From Octopus sinensis (taxonomy: Eukaryota), in NCBI RefSeq assembly GCF_006345805.1, contig NC_042999.1:80848001-80912000 (forward strand): a DNA stretch of 64,000 nt. Reading direction: 5' to 3'. A model generated the notes under the pieces. The model made no database searches. It saw only the letters and a program-made list of their open reading frames with translations, and was not told the DNA's origin. Each line of letters starts with the position of its first letter. Position 1 is the first letter of the stretch. Position numbers and translations under genes: made by a program. Below are positions 39,340 to 52,734 of the stretch, one piece after another.

Positions 39340-40270
39340 TTTTACCGCAAAGCCAGCCATGGGTGGGGGGGATTTCATTACATTCACCCCAAAAGAATGA
39401 AAAGCAAACTCGACTCCGGTGGCATTTGAATTCAGAACGTAAATTCGGAATAAATGCCGCTAAGAATTTTATCCGACTCACGCAACAACGATTCTACAGG
39501 TACGCTGCCTTAGAATATTAGACTAATTTTGATTTTACATTTCGGTAGAAGTCCAGCGTTTTCGGAGGAACGGGTAAGTTGATTACATCGACCTTAGTGT
39601 TCAACTGGTGTTATTTTAACTACTCCGGACGGATGAAGGGCAAAATCGATCTCAGTGGTATTTGAACTCACAACGAAAGGACGGGCGATATATCACTATG
39701 CAATTTGCCAGGCATGCTAACGATTCTGCTAGTTTAGTGCGTTAAAATATCGGACTAATGTTACTAAAATTAATTTATTTTCACAATAGCACATGATCAT
39801 AGTTGTTTGCAAAGGGAATGCTTACGTTCGGATTCGATAATATAAGAACCCGTAGAGTACTGAGATCTATGTAATCGACCTACCTCTACCCTTTAATTGC
39901 TAACCTTCTGCCAAAATTTCAAACCAATATTAGGATGCAGATAGAGACGAGATGGTATGAACTGCTTTTGAGTCGTTGGACATCGGTGAGTTCACGCAGA
40001 CAATTTAATCCATTTTATTATATGAACGACGTGATTAATACTTTTAAAAAAAAATTTGGCTACACAGTCAGCAATTTTAGAGCCGAGGATTAAGTCATTT
40101 CCATCGAATCTCAGTACTCCAAAAAGATGGAAATGCTCGGCGGGTTTTGAGCTCAGAACCTACTGTATGAGGAAAAAATGTGCTCACCACGTTCAACGCA
40201 GTGGTTAGTATATCGATATCAAAACGAAAGCGAGATTGCAAACTGTCGAGATTTGAACTCAGATACTAGG
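39340..40270. mobile_element. Cluster of at least 4 degraded SINE family 2 copies
   Basis: Repeated TTTGAA(C/T)TCA and TTTGAGCTCAGAAC B-box complements near 39425, 39661, 40147 and 40252, plus a plus-strand 3' half near 39830-39920. Confidence 0.7.
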
Positions 40271-41280
40271 AAGATGAAATTACATACTTTGAAGGAGCTT
40301 ATACGGTGAGAAACTGTCTGGCTGTTTCTATAATGTTTCTATACAGGATATCGACTGGTAATGTAGCTTATTTGACTTTCTCTATTACTGATCAGATCTT
40401 CAGCTTCTTTTGTATTAACATAACATTTTTCAAAATTCGAGGCAGATGAATGTGAAAACATCGAAATACGTCAAATGAAATAAAAGTAAATAAATGAAAT
40501 AAAATAAAGGGAAAATACTTCACAAACAAGAAAAATCAATTAGAGTTCGGGTTCATCTAGTTGATAAATCTCATTTAATTCATGTGGTATGAATGGTAAT
40601 GTAATATGTTTTACCTTGAAATATTCAATCCACTTTTTGTATCACATCAAAGAGGAATTTGTAATTTAAAACTTTTTTTTATCTGTTGGAGATATAGTGT
40701 TATATAAGCTTATATGAACAAGCTTAAATAGGTTCAGGTAGGAAAAGTGACTATGTGTAATACAGGAAAGTAATATACTTGCTATTTGTTTCACTACTTC
40801 AAATAAGACTTTGCAAATATTTGGATTGCAACAAACTCTTCAGTACACTACTTGTATTAAAAACGCCGCTTACTTTGACTACAGAAAACGAATAACCAAA
40901 TTAATATTTGCGTTTCTCTCCAACGATATTCTTCACATTGGGTAGGATATGATAAACAAAATATTTAATTTCCACACATTGTGTGTCAAATGTAATTTAA
41001 ACGTGAAGTGCATTAAACATGTCTAAAACGAGAGAATAGTGGCTGAAAGCAGAAATTTGTATGGTTCACAGTACATTCAGCATATATATCCGAATAAATG
41101 AACCTTGTGAGACAATTTATACATCAGATATAACATTGTATGTAGGTTGACAATGTCCTTCAGTAAGGGACAAAAGGAAAACGCTTCCTACGCTAACCAG
41201 TTGTTATATTTTATACGCTATACGAATTCAGTCAGACAAAATATTGAAACTGAGGAAGATGGCTTAATGAAAATAGAAAA

Positions 41281-41695
41281 TGGATCTTTTCGGTTTGAAC
41301 GGCATTTTTTAACATAATATCTAGGTAACTGAAAAATTTAAAACTTCGTATACTGGTAGAATGTGTTTATAAAACATCTTTTTCTCTTGGCTTTATTGAG
41401 AAAATTCTATTGTTTGTAAGATATTTGTTGTTCTTTTTTTCTTCAATTTCTACAATTTCAACCAATCAGTGACGTCTATTGAGTTCAAAATCATTCTGTG
41501 CCGTATGAATATGTCCCTCGTTTAAGAAACAGATTGGGTTTATTTACATTTCTGAAGAAAAAAAGATACCCTTCCCCCACCCTAACCCTAAAGAGATTGA
41601 AATGCAATAGATCGATACTAGGGTCATAATTATGAGTGACAATTTCATATGATACCGCTAGAAAAAAAAACTGCCGTTCAAACCGAAAAGATCCA
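41281..41695. mobile_element. MITE with perfect 24-bp TIRs
   Basis: TGGATCTTTTCGGTTTGAACGGCA (41281-41304) and TGCCGTTCAAACCGAAAAGATCCA (41672-41695); no clear TSD. Confidence 0.9.
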
Positions 41696-42067
41696 AGAAA
41701 GTATTACTAACACTTTACACGATGTGTATATGGAGTCATTTTTGCTCATTCTCTCAAGAAATGATTCTGAATTTGACAGTTATATCAAATAAGGTTTATT
41801 TTCAAGGATATTCATACAAAAATTAATGACTCGTATGTTATTTCGGCAGTAGAAATATGCGTGTATTTTTTATTAATTTTCGTATTATTACGAAGTTCAC
41901 AATTTAGAGCAAATTCGATAAATAACAGGTATTGATAAGACTACATAGATTGGACTTATGTATTACTACTGCGGTACAATATATTTTTGTAGTATGCTGA
42001 GGTAATTCATACGCAGTGTTGTAAATTCTTTCATAGAATTAATATTTACGTAAATCTCATCTAGAAA

Positions 42068-42083
42068 TAGTAGTTGTAGTAGC

Positions 42084-42115
<32 letters not shown>

Positions 42116-42182
42116 CAGTAGTAGTAGTGGTAGTAGTAGTAGTAGTAGTAGTAGTGCCAGCAGCAGAAGCAGCGGCAACAGT

Positions 42183-42217
<35 letters not shown>

Positions 42218-42222
42218 TAGTA
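42068..42222. repeat. (TAG)n/(CAG)n trinucleotide tract
   Basis: Directly visible; produces the poly-L, poly-T and poly-Y ORFs. Confidence 0.95.
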
Positions 42223-43243
42223 AGGAAGAATGCGTTGTAAGAGCGCATCGCTGCATCTACCGTCTCTTGGTGACTTCCTACTCCTGGTGATGATGATTTT
42301 GTACCACTCCGGTAACAGCCCTCCAACTGATGGCTCTATTCGGGTAGTCGTTGCTGCTGAGGCTTTTGCAAGATCGCAGTGCAAATCGTACATGAAATTA
42401 TTTTAGTTGCATTTTAGGACACGCAGAAAAAACGCTGGGTCTATTGGCACCTTTTATTTAATATCTAAATATTACCCTATGCCAAATGTTGCAAGACACA
42501 TGTCACGAGAAACAGCCTTAAAAAATCTCATAAACAATTTAACTTAAAAATCGAAGTTTGTTCTTTGCATGGGATGAAGTAGTTTGTTTTATTCTTATGC
42601 TCACAAAGGAGACCCAGCAGTGAATTTCCCTTTTTAATACAAAGCAGTAATTTCTTAGAATCTATTATCAGCTATAGACAATTTAGATTTAACATATTCA
42701 ATCGAGGCAGCATGCTAATAGAGAATAGAATGAAATCGAACGGCAAAAATATATTAATCGTTTATAGTAGTAATTTTGCTTCGTAACTCTCTTGTTTAAC
42801 ATTCACTCACACTGTGCGGCAACATGAATGTCTTGTACGATATTAGTCGTAATCGATGTCTTGTGAATGAGAAAATACGAGTGTGTGATTATGTAAATGT
42901 AATTTAAAATTAAAGCTGATTCATTTGCGCCTCTGAAAATCTCATCTACTTCATAACATGTTCCGGCTACAGTAGGAGCTATATAGGTTCAGAAGCAATG
43001 TCCTTAATACTCAGTGGTCACATGGGCAGAAGTGCTAAGGAACGCCCGCCACAATTCACAATATTCCCATTATACCAATGGACGGAAAGGACCTCAACTC
43101 AACAACGACTAAATAAAGAGGCTACATTTATTGAAAAATACAAACCAGAACTTAACATGAATATATAATGGACTTTAAAAAAAAAACAGAAAAAGGGCGA
43201 AAAGATTTATCTCCCCTTAACTAAGAAATATTATATACTGATT

Positions 43244-43612
43244 GGAAGCACTCCGTCGGTTACGACGACGAGGGTTCCGGTTGATCCGATCAACGGAACA
43301 GCCTGCTCGTGAAATTAACGTGTAAGTGGCTGAGCACTCCACAGACACGTGTACCCTTAACGTAATTCTCGGGGATATTCAGCGTGACACAGAGAGTGAC
43401 AAGGCCGGCCCTTTGAAATACAGGTACAACAGAAACAGGAAGTAAGAGTGAGAGAAAGTTGTGGTGAAAGAGTACAGCAAGGAACACCACCATCCCTGCC
43501 GGAGCCTCGTGAAGCTTTTAGGTGTTTTCGCTCAATAAACACTCACAACGCCCGGTCTGGGAATCGAAACCGCGAGTCCGCTGCCCTAACCACTGGGCCA
43601 TTGCGCCTCCAC
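43244..43612 (-). mobile_element. tRNA-derived SINE family 1
   Basis: Homologous to 501-853; TSD ATATACTGATT/ATACACTGATT. Confidence 0.9.
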
Positions 43613-43717
43613 ATACACTGATTATCCCTTTAGACAAAAACATTATATTCATTGATCATCCCGTTTTAGCTATACTCTACTGTATAAATCAAAAACTTAT
43701 CTTGATTTCATAAATTT

Positions 43718-43750
43718 GAGTCATGATTAGCGAAGCGAACCGGTCGACTC
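43718..43750 (+). ncRNA. Minimal hammerhead ribozyme remnant, A3-U8 core
   Basis: GAGTC-ATGATTA-GC-GAA-GC-GAA-CCGGT-C-GACTC; perfect 5-bp stem I and GUC site; one A of GAAA is missing. Confidence 0.65.
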
Positions 43751-44094
43751 TGTAATATTATAATGGATTAAATAATCTTTATCTACACAAACAAGATTTT
43801 TCTGCTTTTCATCTTAAAACTTATATATCTATCTATCTATCTATATATATATATATATATATATGAATATATATATATGTGTGTGTGTGTGTTTGTGTGG
43901 GTGTGTGTGTGTGTGTGTGTGTTTGTGTGTGTGTGTGCGTGCGTGTGTGTGTGTGAGTAAGAAATTAATAAAAACAGTTGTTTGCAACGTTATACCATAG
44001 TTGTCATCTAAACATGACTAAGGTTGTGAATAACACCTACATTGCTAGAAATAAGTGTTAAAAATGTTCCACTGTTGTCAAAAAGAACATAACA

Positions 44095-44238
44095 TATACT
44101 CTGATAGGGGCTCCAATCGCTCCGAATGCCCAACCGACAATTCCTTAGACTGACTGGCCAGTTACGGCTCTTTCCATTACCATCTTCAGTAACTGGCTCG
44201 TTCGGTTGATTCCGAGTTAGCTCGCCTATCAGAGTATA
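44095..44238. mobile_element. 144-bp foldback MITE
   Basis: Perfect 14-bp termini TATACTCTGATAGG/CCTATCAGAGTATA plus nested arms CAACCGA/TCGGTTG and GCCAGTTAC/GTAACTGGC. Confidence 0.8.
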
Positions 44239-44541
44239 AAAATCATAAAAATCTATAGATGAATTAGCGGATCGCTAATGGGTATACAAAAAATTAATAA
44301 AAAAAAATTGTTTGCAATGTAATGCGTAAAGGAAAATTATTATCGTCAAGTGAACTTGAGTATGAGTGTGAATAGCCCTTATATTGCTAGAAATAAGAGC
44401 TAAAATTTTTGACACTAGTTTGGTACATATGTAAATAAATGTATTTTAAACATTCACAAGCTTTTGAAATTTAAGTGCATTTTCAGCAACACATTTTCCT
44501 ATATATTTTTTTCCTTCGTGGAAACACCACTCTGTCTTTTG

Positions 44542-44611
<70 letters not shown>

Positions 44612-44629
44612 TATATACTAAGCAATAAA

Positions 44630-44720
44630 GGGTTTAGCAACGAATTGCCTTACCACATACCGAATTTAGAAATAGCAGTCAAAGAGTTATAGCTATTTCT
44701 TCTACTAAAAAGGGAGATCT
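44630..44720 (+). repeat. Dispersed repeat shared with the start of the 648-bp duplication unit
   Basis: CCACATAC..AATT..GAAATAGCAG.CAAA.AGTT..TAGC.ATTTCT also occurs at about 32380-32440. Confidence 0.6.
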
Positions 44721-45109
44721 CAGTAAAAACAGCAATTGGAAGGCAGACACAAACAGGTAAGAGAGAATGAATTGACGGCAATCTATCATACAATTTTAAG
44801 TTATCTACGGACGTACGTTTCGAAATCAAGTTTTTAGGAAAGCATAAGAATTAAATATTAAATAATTCTACCTTACCAAAACTTCTTTTCTCTTCAGCGT
44901 AGAATACTATAATCATAAATGATTATATATTGAATTTTGAGATACTAGAAGGCACCAACTCAACTCAGTATCAGAGCGAGCTAGAATCCGCAACTAGTAT
45001 CACTAAATTCAAAGTGTGAGTGAAAAGATTGTGTCACCAGCCCCTTCCCACCCGCGTGTAGCCAAAACAAGATGCTGTGGTCATCTACTGAGATAAAATA
45101 TGGTTATCC

Positions 45110-45152
<43 letters not shown>

Positions 45153-45191
45153 AAACGAATCTCCACCAATTACTCTATCTATATATCTGTG

Positions 45192-45419
45192 CACACCTTT
45201 CAATGCCTTGTATGCCATAAGGTTTGCAAATCTAACGGAGACCTCAAAAGGCACTTTAAGATTCACAAAAGTCAGAACATAGGTGCGGATCTTCGTGGTC
45301 AAAATCAGATATGCAATATGGGTGCCTTGTCAGTACATTGTCTGGTTTACATCAGATACCATGATGGATCTAAGGTGTAAGTGAAAGAGATGGTCAGCCT
45401 CTGCATAAGTAGTCAACCA
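45192..45419 (+). mobile_element. Single C2H2 zinc finger, probably the 3' end of an RTE-like LINE
   Basis: FQCLVCHKVCKSNGDLKRHFKIH (45198-45266) is a perfect C-x2-C-x12-H-x3-H; no TGEKP linker or second finger; ends GTAGTCAACC(AC)n. Confidence 0.55.
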
Positions 45420-45439
45420 CACACACACACACACATAAG

Positions 45440-45802
45440 CGTGGCGGCTGTGTGGGCGAAACTTACTTGCCAACAACATGATTCTTGATTCAGTACCCCT
45501 GCGTAAATGTCTTCTACCATAGCCTCGGGCCGACCAAAGTCTTGTTAGTGGATTTGGTAGACGGAAACTGAAAGAATCCCGTATTATATATGTATATATA
45601 TACATCTATATGTTTATGTGTGTTTGTCTCCCTACACTGCGCTAGTGTGTTTACGTCCCCGTAACTTCTCGGTTCGGCATAGAGACTGATAGAATAATTA
45701 CCAGTCTTAAGAAATACGGCCTGGGGTCGATTTGTCTGAATAAAACAAAAAATCTTCAAGTTGGTGACCCAGCATGGCCGTAGTCTAATTTCTAAAACAA
45801 GA

Positions 45803-45805
<3 letters not shown>
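45440..45805 (+). mobile_element. SINE family 3
   Basis: Near full length, homologous to 10880-11287 and 53013-53387. Confidence 0.85.
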
Positions 45806-45844
<39 letters not shown>

Positions 45845-45932
45845 TATATACAACATACACGCACAAACACATACATATATATACAAATGCGTGTGTATAT
45901 GCATGTGTGATATAGATATATATAAATATCTA

Positions 45933-45963
<31 letters not shown>

Positions 45964-45972
45964 ATCTATCTA

Positions 45973-46037
<65 letters not shown>

Positions 46038-48651
46038 GACTGAGACTCCGTTGAATTAGGTATTTCAGTTGTGGAAATTTGTTAGGTCGGTATAATCCTT
46101 ACGCCCAGTCAATATTAATTATAAATGTGTGAAGTCTGTTTTATCGATTCAATATGTACTTTCGATCCCAAAGCATGATGAGCAAGGTCAACCTTGGCTA
46201 AATATCGTATCTAAATATCATAAACCTACATATGAACAAAAAACATTAAACTTCATATAATGCCTTTCAAAGCATCTAAAATGAGGAAGTTAGTCAAAAC
46301 TGGAGTCCGCATGTATATTTGGTATTGATAAGTACAATGAATAAGGTATATTTATGCATATTGCAAAGAAGGCATTTTATTTCCTTAACTACCAGCGCCG
46401 AGAAGAATGTTAATACTTCTTTCCGCAATTGCAATGCGTCAACAGAAGCAAGATTGAGAGAAAAACTATTATAACTAACTTTGTTTATACTCTGAGATGA
46501 ACTCTGCACTGCATGATACGAAATGATACTAGTGCTGTATAATACTGCCTTGAGAAATAACGTTGTGTTTACGTGAAATTTATACCGGCATCTAATTGAA
46601 TGAAATATGTATATTCCAACATACATACGTACATATACTTCATATAAGTGCGTGTGCGTGGAAGTCTGTGTATTTGATTGTGTGTCTTTTACTGCGTGCA
46701 TATGGTTGGGTGTCTGTGTGAATTCATAAGTACATAGATATATACGTCTAAGTTTATCCTTAATATTTATAACTTTTCTTTGATTCGACTTAGTTAAATT
46801 ATATATATAAAAGAAATTAACTTTTCATAACAGAAAAATCAAAATCTTATAACTAGAAATATTAAATAAAAACCTGAGTAAACACAATAACAATACACGC
46901 ATCATGTAAATATGAAACAGAAGTAGAGCACTGATTAGTAATTCTTTCAAGTATTTCAAAGTTTCTTCGCAATATTAACTTGAAACGAGAATAATTGAAT
47001 GAGTAAATATATTGATATCTCAGGCGTACTTGTATGTTATTTGATTTTACTTCCCATAAACTAACCAAAATATCACCGTGTGTATGTGTGTGTATGTTCG
47101 TGTGTTCCGGCCATCGTAATCTGATGCTGAATACTAAAATGCAATCAAGAAATAATTAACAATAGTGAGGACATATAAAACTGCCTCAGTAGTCGTCATA
47201 AGGAATATGGGATAGATTCAAACAATTCAGGTGAATCATGTTAAAATGAAAACAAGTACAAATACTTATTTAGCGCGAGGAACGGCTGAACTTGTACAAA
47301 ATACTCTGACGAGTTTCTTCGTCACCCCAGCATTAACATATAATATAGCAGTAATCAACCAGCAAAACCTCATAAGAACAATGCGGCGTTGTGTCTGGCA
47401 AATGTCTACAATAATGATTGTAAACTAACTATAGTTTGAAATGACTCAGACGAATATAATCAAAATCACTCCGGACGTCTTAATCTCTTTGCTATGTCAA
47501 GCAATAAGTTAACAGAGTAATTAATATAGGTTTTAAACACAGACACAGACACAGACACACACACACACACACACAACACACATTCTCTCTCTCCCTCTCA
47601 CTCGCACATACACAAAATCACAGTCAGACATGTGTGTATGTGTGTGTGTGCTAGTGAAGTATTACCATAATTGTAATTCCACATTTGAAACTTGGAAAGT
47701 AAATACTCGGTTTCAAATGCCCCAGAAAATAATTTGTTTTCCAATGTTTCACATTTAAATTTGTTTATATTTCTAACGTATTTAAGTTTTGTGCATCACA
47801 GATCATACTTAATTTCCATACAGTATCAATATATTCCAATATATTCCTAAAAGTACAGAAATTAATGGTCTGATTCATAGACCAGCGACGCCTGAACATT
47901 TAATTTGTATAAATAAATATAAACGGGAAAACAATTAAAGAATTCATTATTTTGTACAACGCATCGTATTTCCAAACGTTTACTAGTTTTTCGAAGCTAG
48001 GATTATTTAATTGAACAATTTCAATAATGATAGTGCCCCAATATAAACAATATATTATCTATATATATATATGTTCTCTGGAGGGTAATTTTTTCTGCTA
48101 TTGTTATAATTGCTGGTAAAGCAATTTTTAACTACTACCCCATTAGAAGTTTCAGTAAACGTAATTTGAAATCAACATTGACAAATTTATTTCTGAAGTG
48201 AGACGAGTATATTACTATCTCACTTGGTATTTGAACTAGCGTACTAACGTTTTGGAGATGCCGTTTAAATTAATGTGGAATTTAAAAACCTATTTAAAAT
48301 TTCAACTTCTTTTTCAAATTTATGGAGCGACCGCGCTTATAACTGCCAAACTTGATATTATAACCTGATATGTTATATAAAATACATCAATATTTTGCAT
48401 AGAAAGTGCCTTTTGAGAGATGATGCTGACAGATTTCATATTACATTGGATGAAGTTATAGACTCACATCTTCCAAACAAGATAGCACCTTGTTATCATA
48501 ATCTATATCTATTCACCATCCAACCCACAACAACGAAATCATAATCACCTGGACAGCATGACAGAAACCTATTGAGTAAAAAAAGTACAAGATTAAAAAA
48601 CATACACCAATAGTTTACCTCCTCTATGTACAACCAAGCGCTGATTCTTAC

Positions 48652-48798
48652 TGAAAATACAGTATATCGCAGAGCTGGTAGAATTTTGAATTGCATGGGT
48701 TGCATGCTAGATCTATACATGGCGTATAATCAGATGAATGATATACTGTTAACAACAGTGAGTTATCCATGTAGGCACGTGCAACACATCTTTTGTTG
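48652..48798 (-). other. Candidate 147-nt exon (coding or UTR)
   Basis: Strong acceptor TTTTCCTATTTTCTTTAACTTTCAG and donor TCA|GTAAGA; one frame open (NKRCVARAYMDNSLLLTVYHSSDYTPCIDLACNPCNSKFYQLCDILYF). Confidence 0.35.
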
Positions 48799-50764
48799 CT
48801 GAAAGTTAAAGAAAATAGGAAAATAAGGTCTGTATATTACTGAGTGAGATTTAGGAATACTTATACTCGTTATCTTTAGAAGGTTTAAAGTCTGAAATAT
48901 GATATAACTACAGCCGACACCAATAATTAGCATCTACATAGAGTCAACTGACTTCGGTTGGTTTTCACATATGTTTCAGAGAAATTAGATATACCTCCTT
49001 CACAACAACAAGCAAAACAAGAATGTGTGCATCAATTGACATTAAATATTATGTATTTAACGCGAAAACATATATAGCTGAAAATATATATATAAAAAAA
49101 AAAGGAGTGTATGAAATAATAATAATCACATGTCAATATCCAGCAAATATCGTTGTGGAAAAATACAGGGAGCTAAGAGTTTTGTCCCAAAAGAAAATAA
49201 TCAATATTCTGTTGGGAAAAATAAAAATACTTTATCGAAAACCCACAAAAGAAGCTCAAAGTCATAAGGAGGAAGTTTTTGTAAACATACATAAAACACA
49301 AAATTCTCTAACATTTCAAAACAATAGAACTCTTTTATGAAATAACAAAATATTTGAACTACTTAGTAAAAAAAGACAGGAGGTGTTTCAGAATATTTGT
49401 GTGTACGTGTGCATATATATATATATATGGTTGTGTGTATATATATATATATATATATGCAAACCTGGTGATGGCCTACCTGGAATAACATATCTATGAA
49501 AAATCCAAATATAAGTACGGCCAGTCTTTCCACAAATACCTGTTGGAGAACTGGAAACGCTACTTAGATGATTGCCTCATCCTATGGTCCCACACACTCG
49601 ACCAACTTATAGACTTCAAAAACCTTATCAACAGTGTAAATAACAACATTCAATTCACAATGGAATATAGTCAGGACCAACTCCCTTTTCTTGACATCCT
49701 AATCATTAAAAAAGGCGTCAACATTGAAACTGACATCCATTACAAACCCACTGACTCTAAACAATACCTTCTATTCACCTCCAATCACCCAAAACACACA
49801 AAGACAAATATCCCCTTCAACCTAGCGAGAAGAATCTGCACTATTGTCTCAAATGACACAACACGAATAGAAGACTCCGGGAACTAAGGGCAATTCTTCT
49901 CGAAAGACATTACCCGGCATCACTAGTAGACAACGGAATAGAACGGGCCAAATCAATCAACATTCAAGACCTTCGAAAACCCAAACACATCCACAGTACA
50001 GTCAATAGCCTCCCTTCTCTCTCAACACACAACCCAAGGAATGCAGAAGCTTACACTATTATATACAACAACATTCCACAACTAAATCAAGACCCACGCC
50101 TGAAAAAAATACTGGCAGCTCATAAAATAATAAAAAGTAAGAGACAACCTAAATCCCTAAAAAACCTCCTCACCAACGCAAAATTACACAACACAAACCC
50201 ACCGCCCACCATCAAAAAATGTGGTCGCCCCAACTGCAAGACCTGCATCCACCTCATTGAGGGATCATCGTACAAGTTCCACTCGGGACACACATTCATC
50301 ATAAAAAATAATTTCACGTGCGCATCAAAAAATTTACTCTACGTCATAAGGTGTGAAGGATGCCACGAAGATTACATAGGGCAAACGAGCCTTACCCTCA
50401 GAGACAGAATGACAGTTCACCGACAACAACTGAGGGACCCCTCCACAAGACAGATACCACTAAGTGGACACTTAGACCTTTGTGCACACAATAAGTCCCC
50501 CAAATTCTTAGTCTTCCCACTATACCAATGCTCGGACAACACCACAGACCAAACACGAATAAATAAGGAAAGTAATCTTATTCAAAAATACAGACCACAA
50601 CTAAACATACTCTAACATACCCCCTGGAAACACATCCAGAGCAAGCACACAGGGACGCGCGCACGCTCACAGCATATCGTGCGGGCGGGCACATGCGCGC
50701 ATCGGCACGCATAGGACACACTAGCGGGCATTGACCACACACATACGTGGCATGCACACGCATG

Positions 50765-50800
50765 CATTATATATATGTAGGTGATGTATGTGTGTGAGTG

Positions 50801-50838
<38 letters not shown>

Positions 50839-52152
50839 ACGTTGTGTGTGTGTGTGCGCGGGTGTATATATATATATGTGTGTGTGTGTGTGTGCACTGT
50901 GTGCGTGTGTGTGTATGTGTGTGCGTGCGCGCGCGTTGTGTGTATGTGTGTGTGCACGTGAGTATATATGTGTGTGTGTGTGCACTGTGTACGGGTGTGT
51001 GTGTATGTGTGTGTGTGTGAGCATTATGTACGTATGTATGTATTTACATGTGTATTTGTTTTTAAATATATATATATATATATATGTGTGTGTGTTGTGT
51101 GTGTATATGCATGGTATGTGTGTATATGTTAGTACTTTGTTTGTGTGTGTGTGCGGCATGTAGAGATATATTTGAGTGTGTACGCTATAGGTTGTAATTT
51201 GTGTGGGGGGGGGTGAATTTTTTATATATATATATATATGTATGTGTATGTGTGTGAAAAAATATATGTATGTGCATGTATGTATGTATGTATGTATGTG
51301 TGTATATATATATATATATATGTGTGTATATATATGTGTGTGTGTGTATGTGTGTGTGTGTGTATATTTATTTGCTTGTTTATGTGTGTATAAACATGTA
51401 CATTATTTGCATGCGCATTGTGTATATGTATATTGTATGTATGTGTATTGTATATGTATGTGTACAATTAAGTGTATATATGTGTGTGTATGTGTGCAGT
51501 GTATGTATGTATATTGTAGGTGTGCTATATATGCATGAATACATGTATGTGCATTGCGTGTATATATATGTATACATTGTGTATGTATGTAATGTGTGTG
51601 TGTGTGTATATATATATTATATGTATGCGTACGTGTATGTGTATGCGTTGTATGTATGTGTATTGTGTGTATATGTGGTACATCTATGTATGTGTATGTA
51701 AACACTATTTATATGTATATGTGTATATATGTATATGCATTGTCTATATATATATATTATATGTATGTACTGCGTATGTATATTGCATGCATATATTGTG
51801 TATGTATATTGCTTACATGCTGTATGTGTGTATTGTATGTGTGTATATATATGCTAGGTGTATTTGTGTGATATTTATATTATGTATGTATGTGTGTGTG
51901 TTGTGTGTGTGTGTGTGTGTGTGTTGTGTGTGTGTGTGTGTATGTGTGTTATATATCTGTGTATGTTATATATAGATACATATTATATTTGTGTGCTGTG
52001 TGTATATGTGATATATGTGGGTGCGTTGTGTGTGGGTGTGTGTGTTCTGTGTGTGTGTGTGTGTGTTGTTTGTATGTGGTGTGTGTTTGTTTACTATGTG
52101 TGTGTGTGTGTGTGTGTGTTGTGTGTGTGTGTGTGTGTGTATATATATGTGT
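50765..52152. repeat. 1.4-kb degenerate GT/AT satellite inside the PLE-A 3' UTR
   Basis: Flanked on both sides by PLE-A UTR blocks that are also found at 36180-37186. Confidence 0.85.
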
Positions 52153-52734
52153 GTGACAAACAGACGCTATCTGACCAGCGGGCACGGACACATCTATTCA
52201 CACCCGCATACTAACCTCCTGATAACCCCAAAATCATTCATGCATAAAGGGGAAGTATACACCACATTGGCTACTTCCTCTGTTCTCTCAGTTCAGCCTT
52301 TCTGCTAATACCAACAGGTCAGTAAAAACATATTCTCGCCTTGTACTTAAAATATTCTGAGATGTATAAAAAAGCCATTTTAATTTTTGCTGTCAAAAGG
52401 CTGTATATATATACCGAAGATTGTATATATATACATGTAATGTGACAATTTGCGACAACCAATAATTAACGCAACCAATTCCCAATAATATATTTGTTTT
52501 ATCCTTTTCTGCCAAATTTTCCCAAATATTCTCATCACACTATTGAACTTCTCTGTTACCAAACACTATATTTATACATGTAATGTGACAATTATGTATA
52601 AAAAAACATTTTTGAATTCATAATATCCAATGTGACAATTATGTAAAAACCTTTTTGAATGCATAATACTCAATGTGACAATTATGTAAAAAACTTTTTT
52701 TGAACCCATATTATTCAATGTTTCCTTAAATGTA

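Larger units (their letters stand above)
42960..43825 (+). mobile_element. Penelope-like remnant (PLE-D): GIY-YIG end and 3' UTR, split by a SINE
   Basis: SYIG, then PQFTIFPLYQW...RLNKEATFIEKYKPELN* (stop at 43166-43168); UTR motif GATTTATCTCCCCTTA shared with PLE-B; ends in (TA)/(TATC)n. Confidence 0.8.

Noticed and set aside
41966-42393. Poly-L, poly-T/A and poly-Y ORFs
   Set aside because: Products of the (TAG)/(CAG) tract; no splice context for the unique part
46294-46701. 135-aa minus-strand ORF
   Set aside because: Starts in a microsatellite, has only a modest acceptor and no recognisable domain; its phase match to the 48652 exon may be chance
52582-52720. Three ~45-bp tandem repeats as a CRISPR-like array
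   Set aside because: Contiguous degenerate units without unique spacers, inside a eukaryotic retroelement UTR
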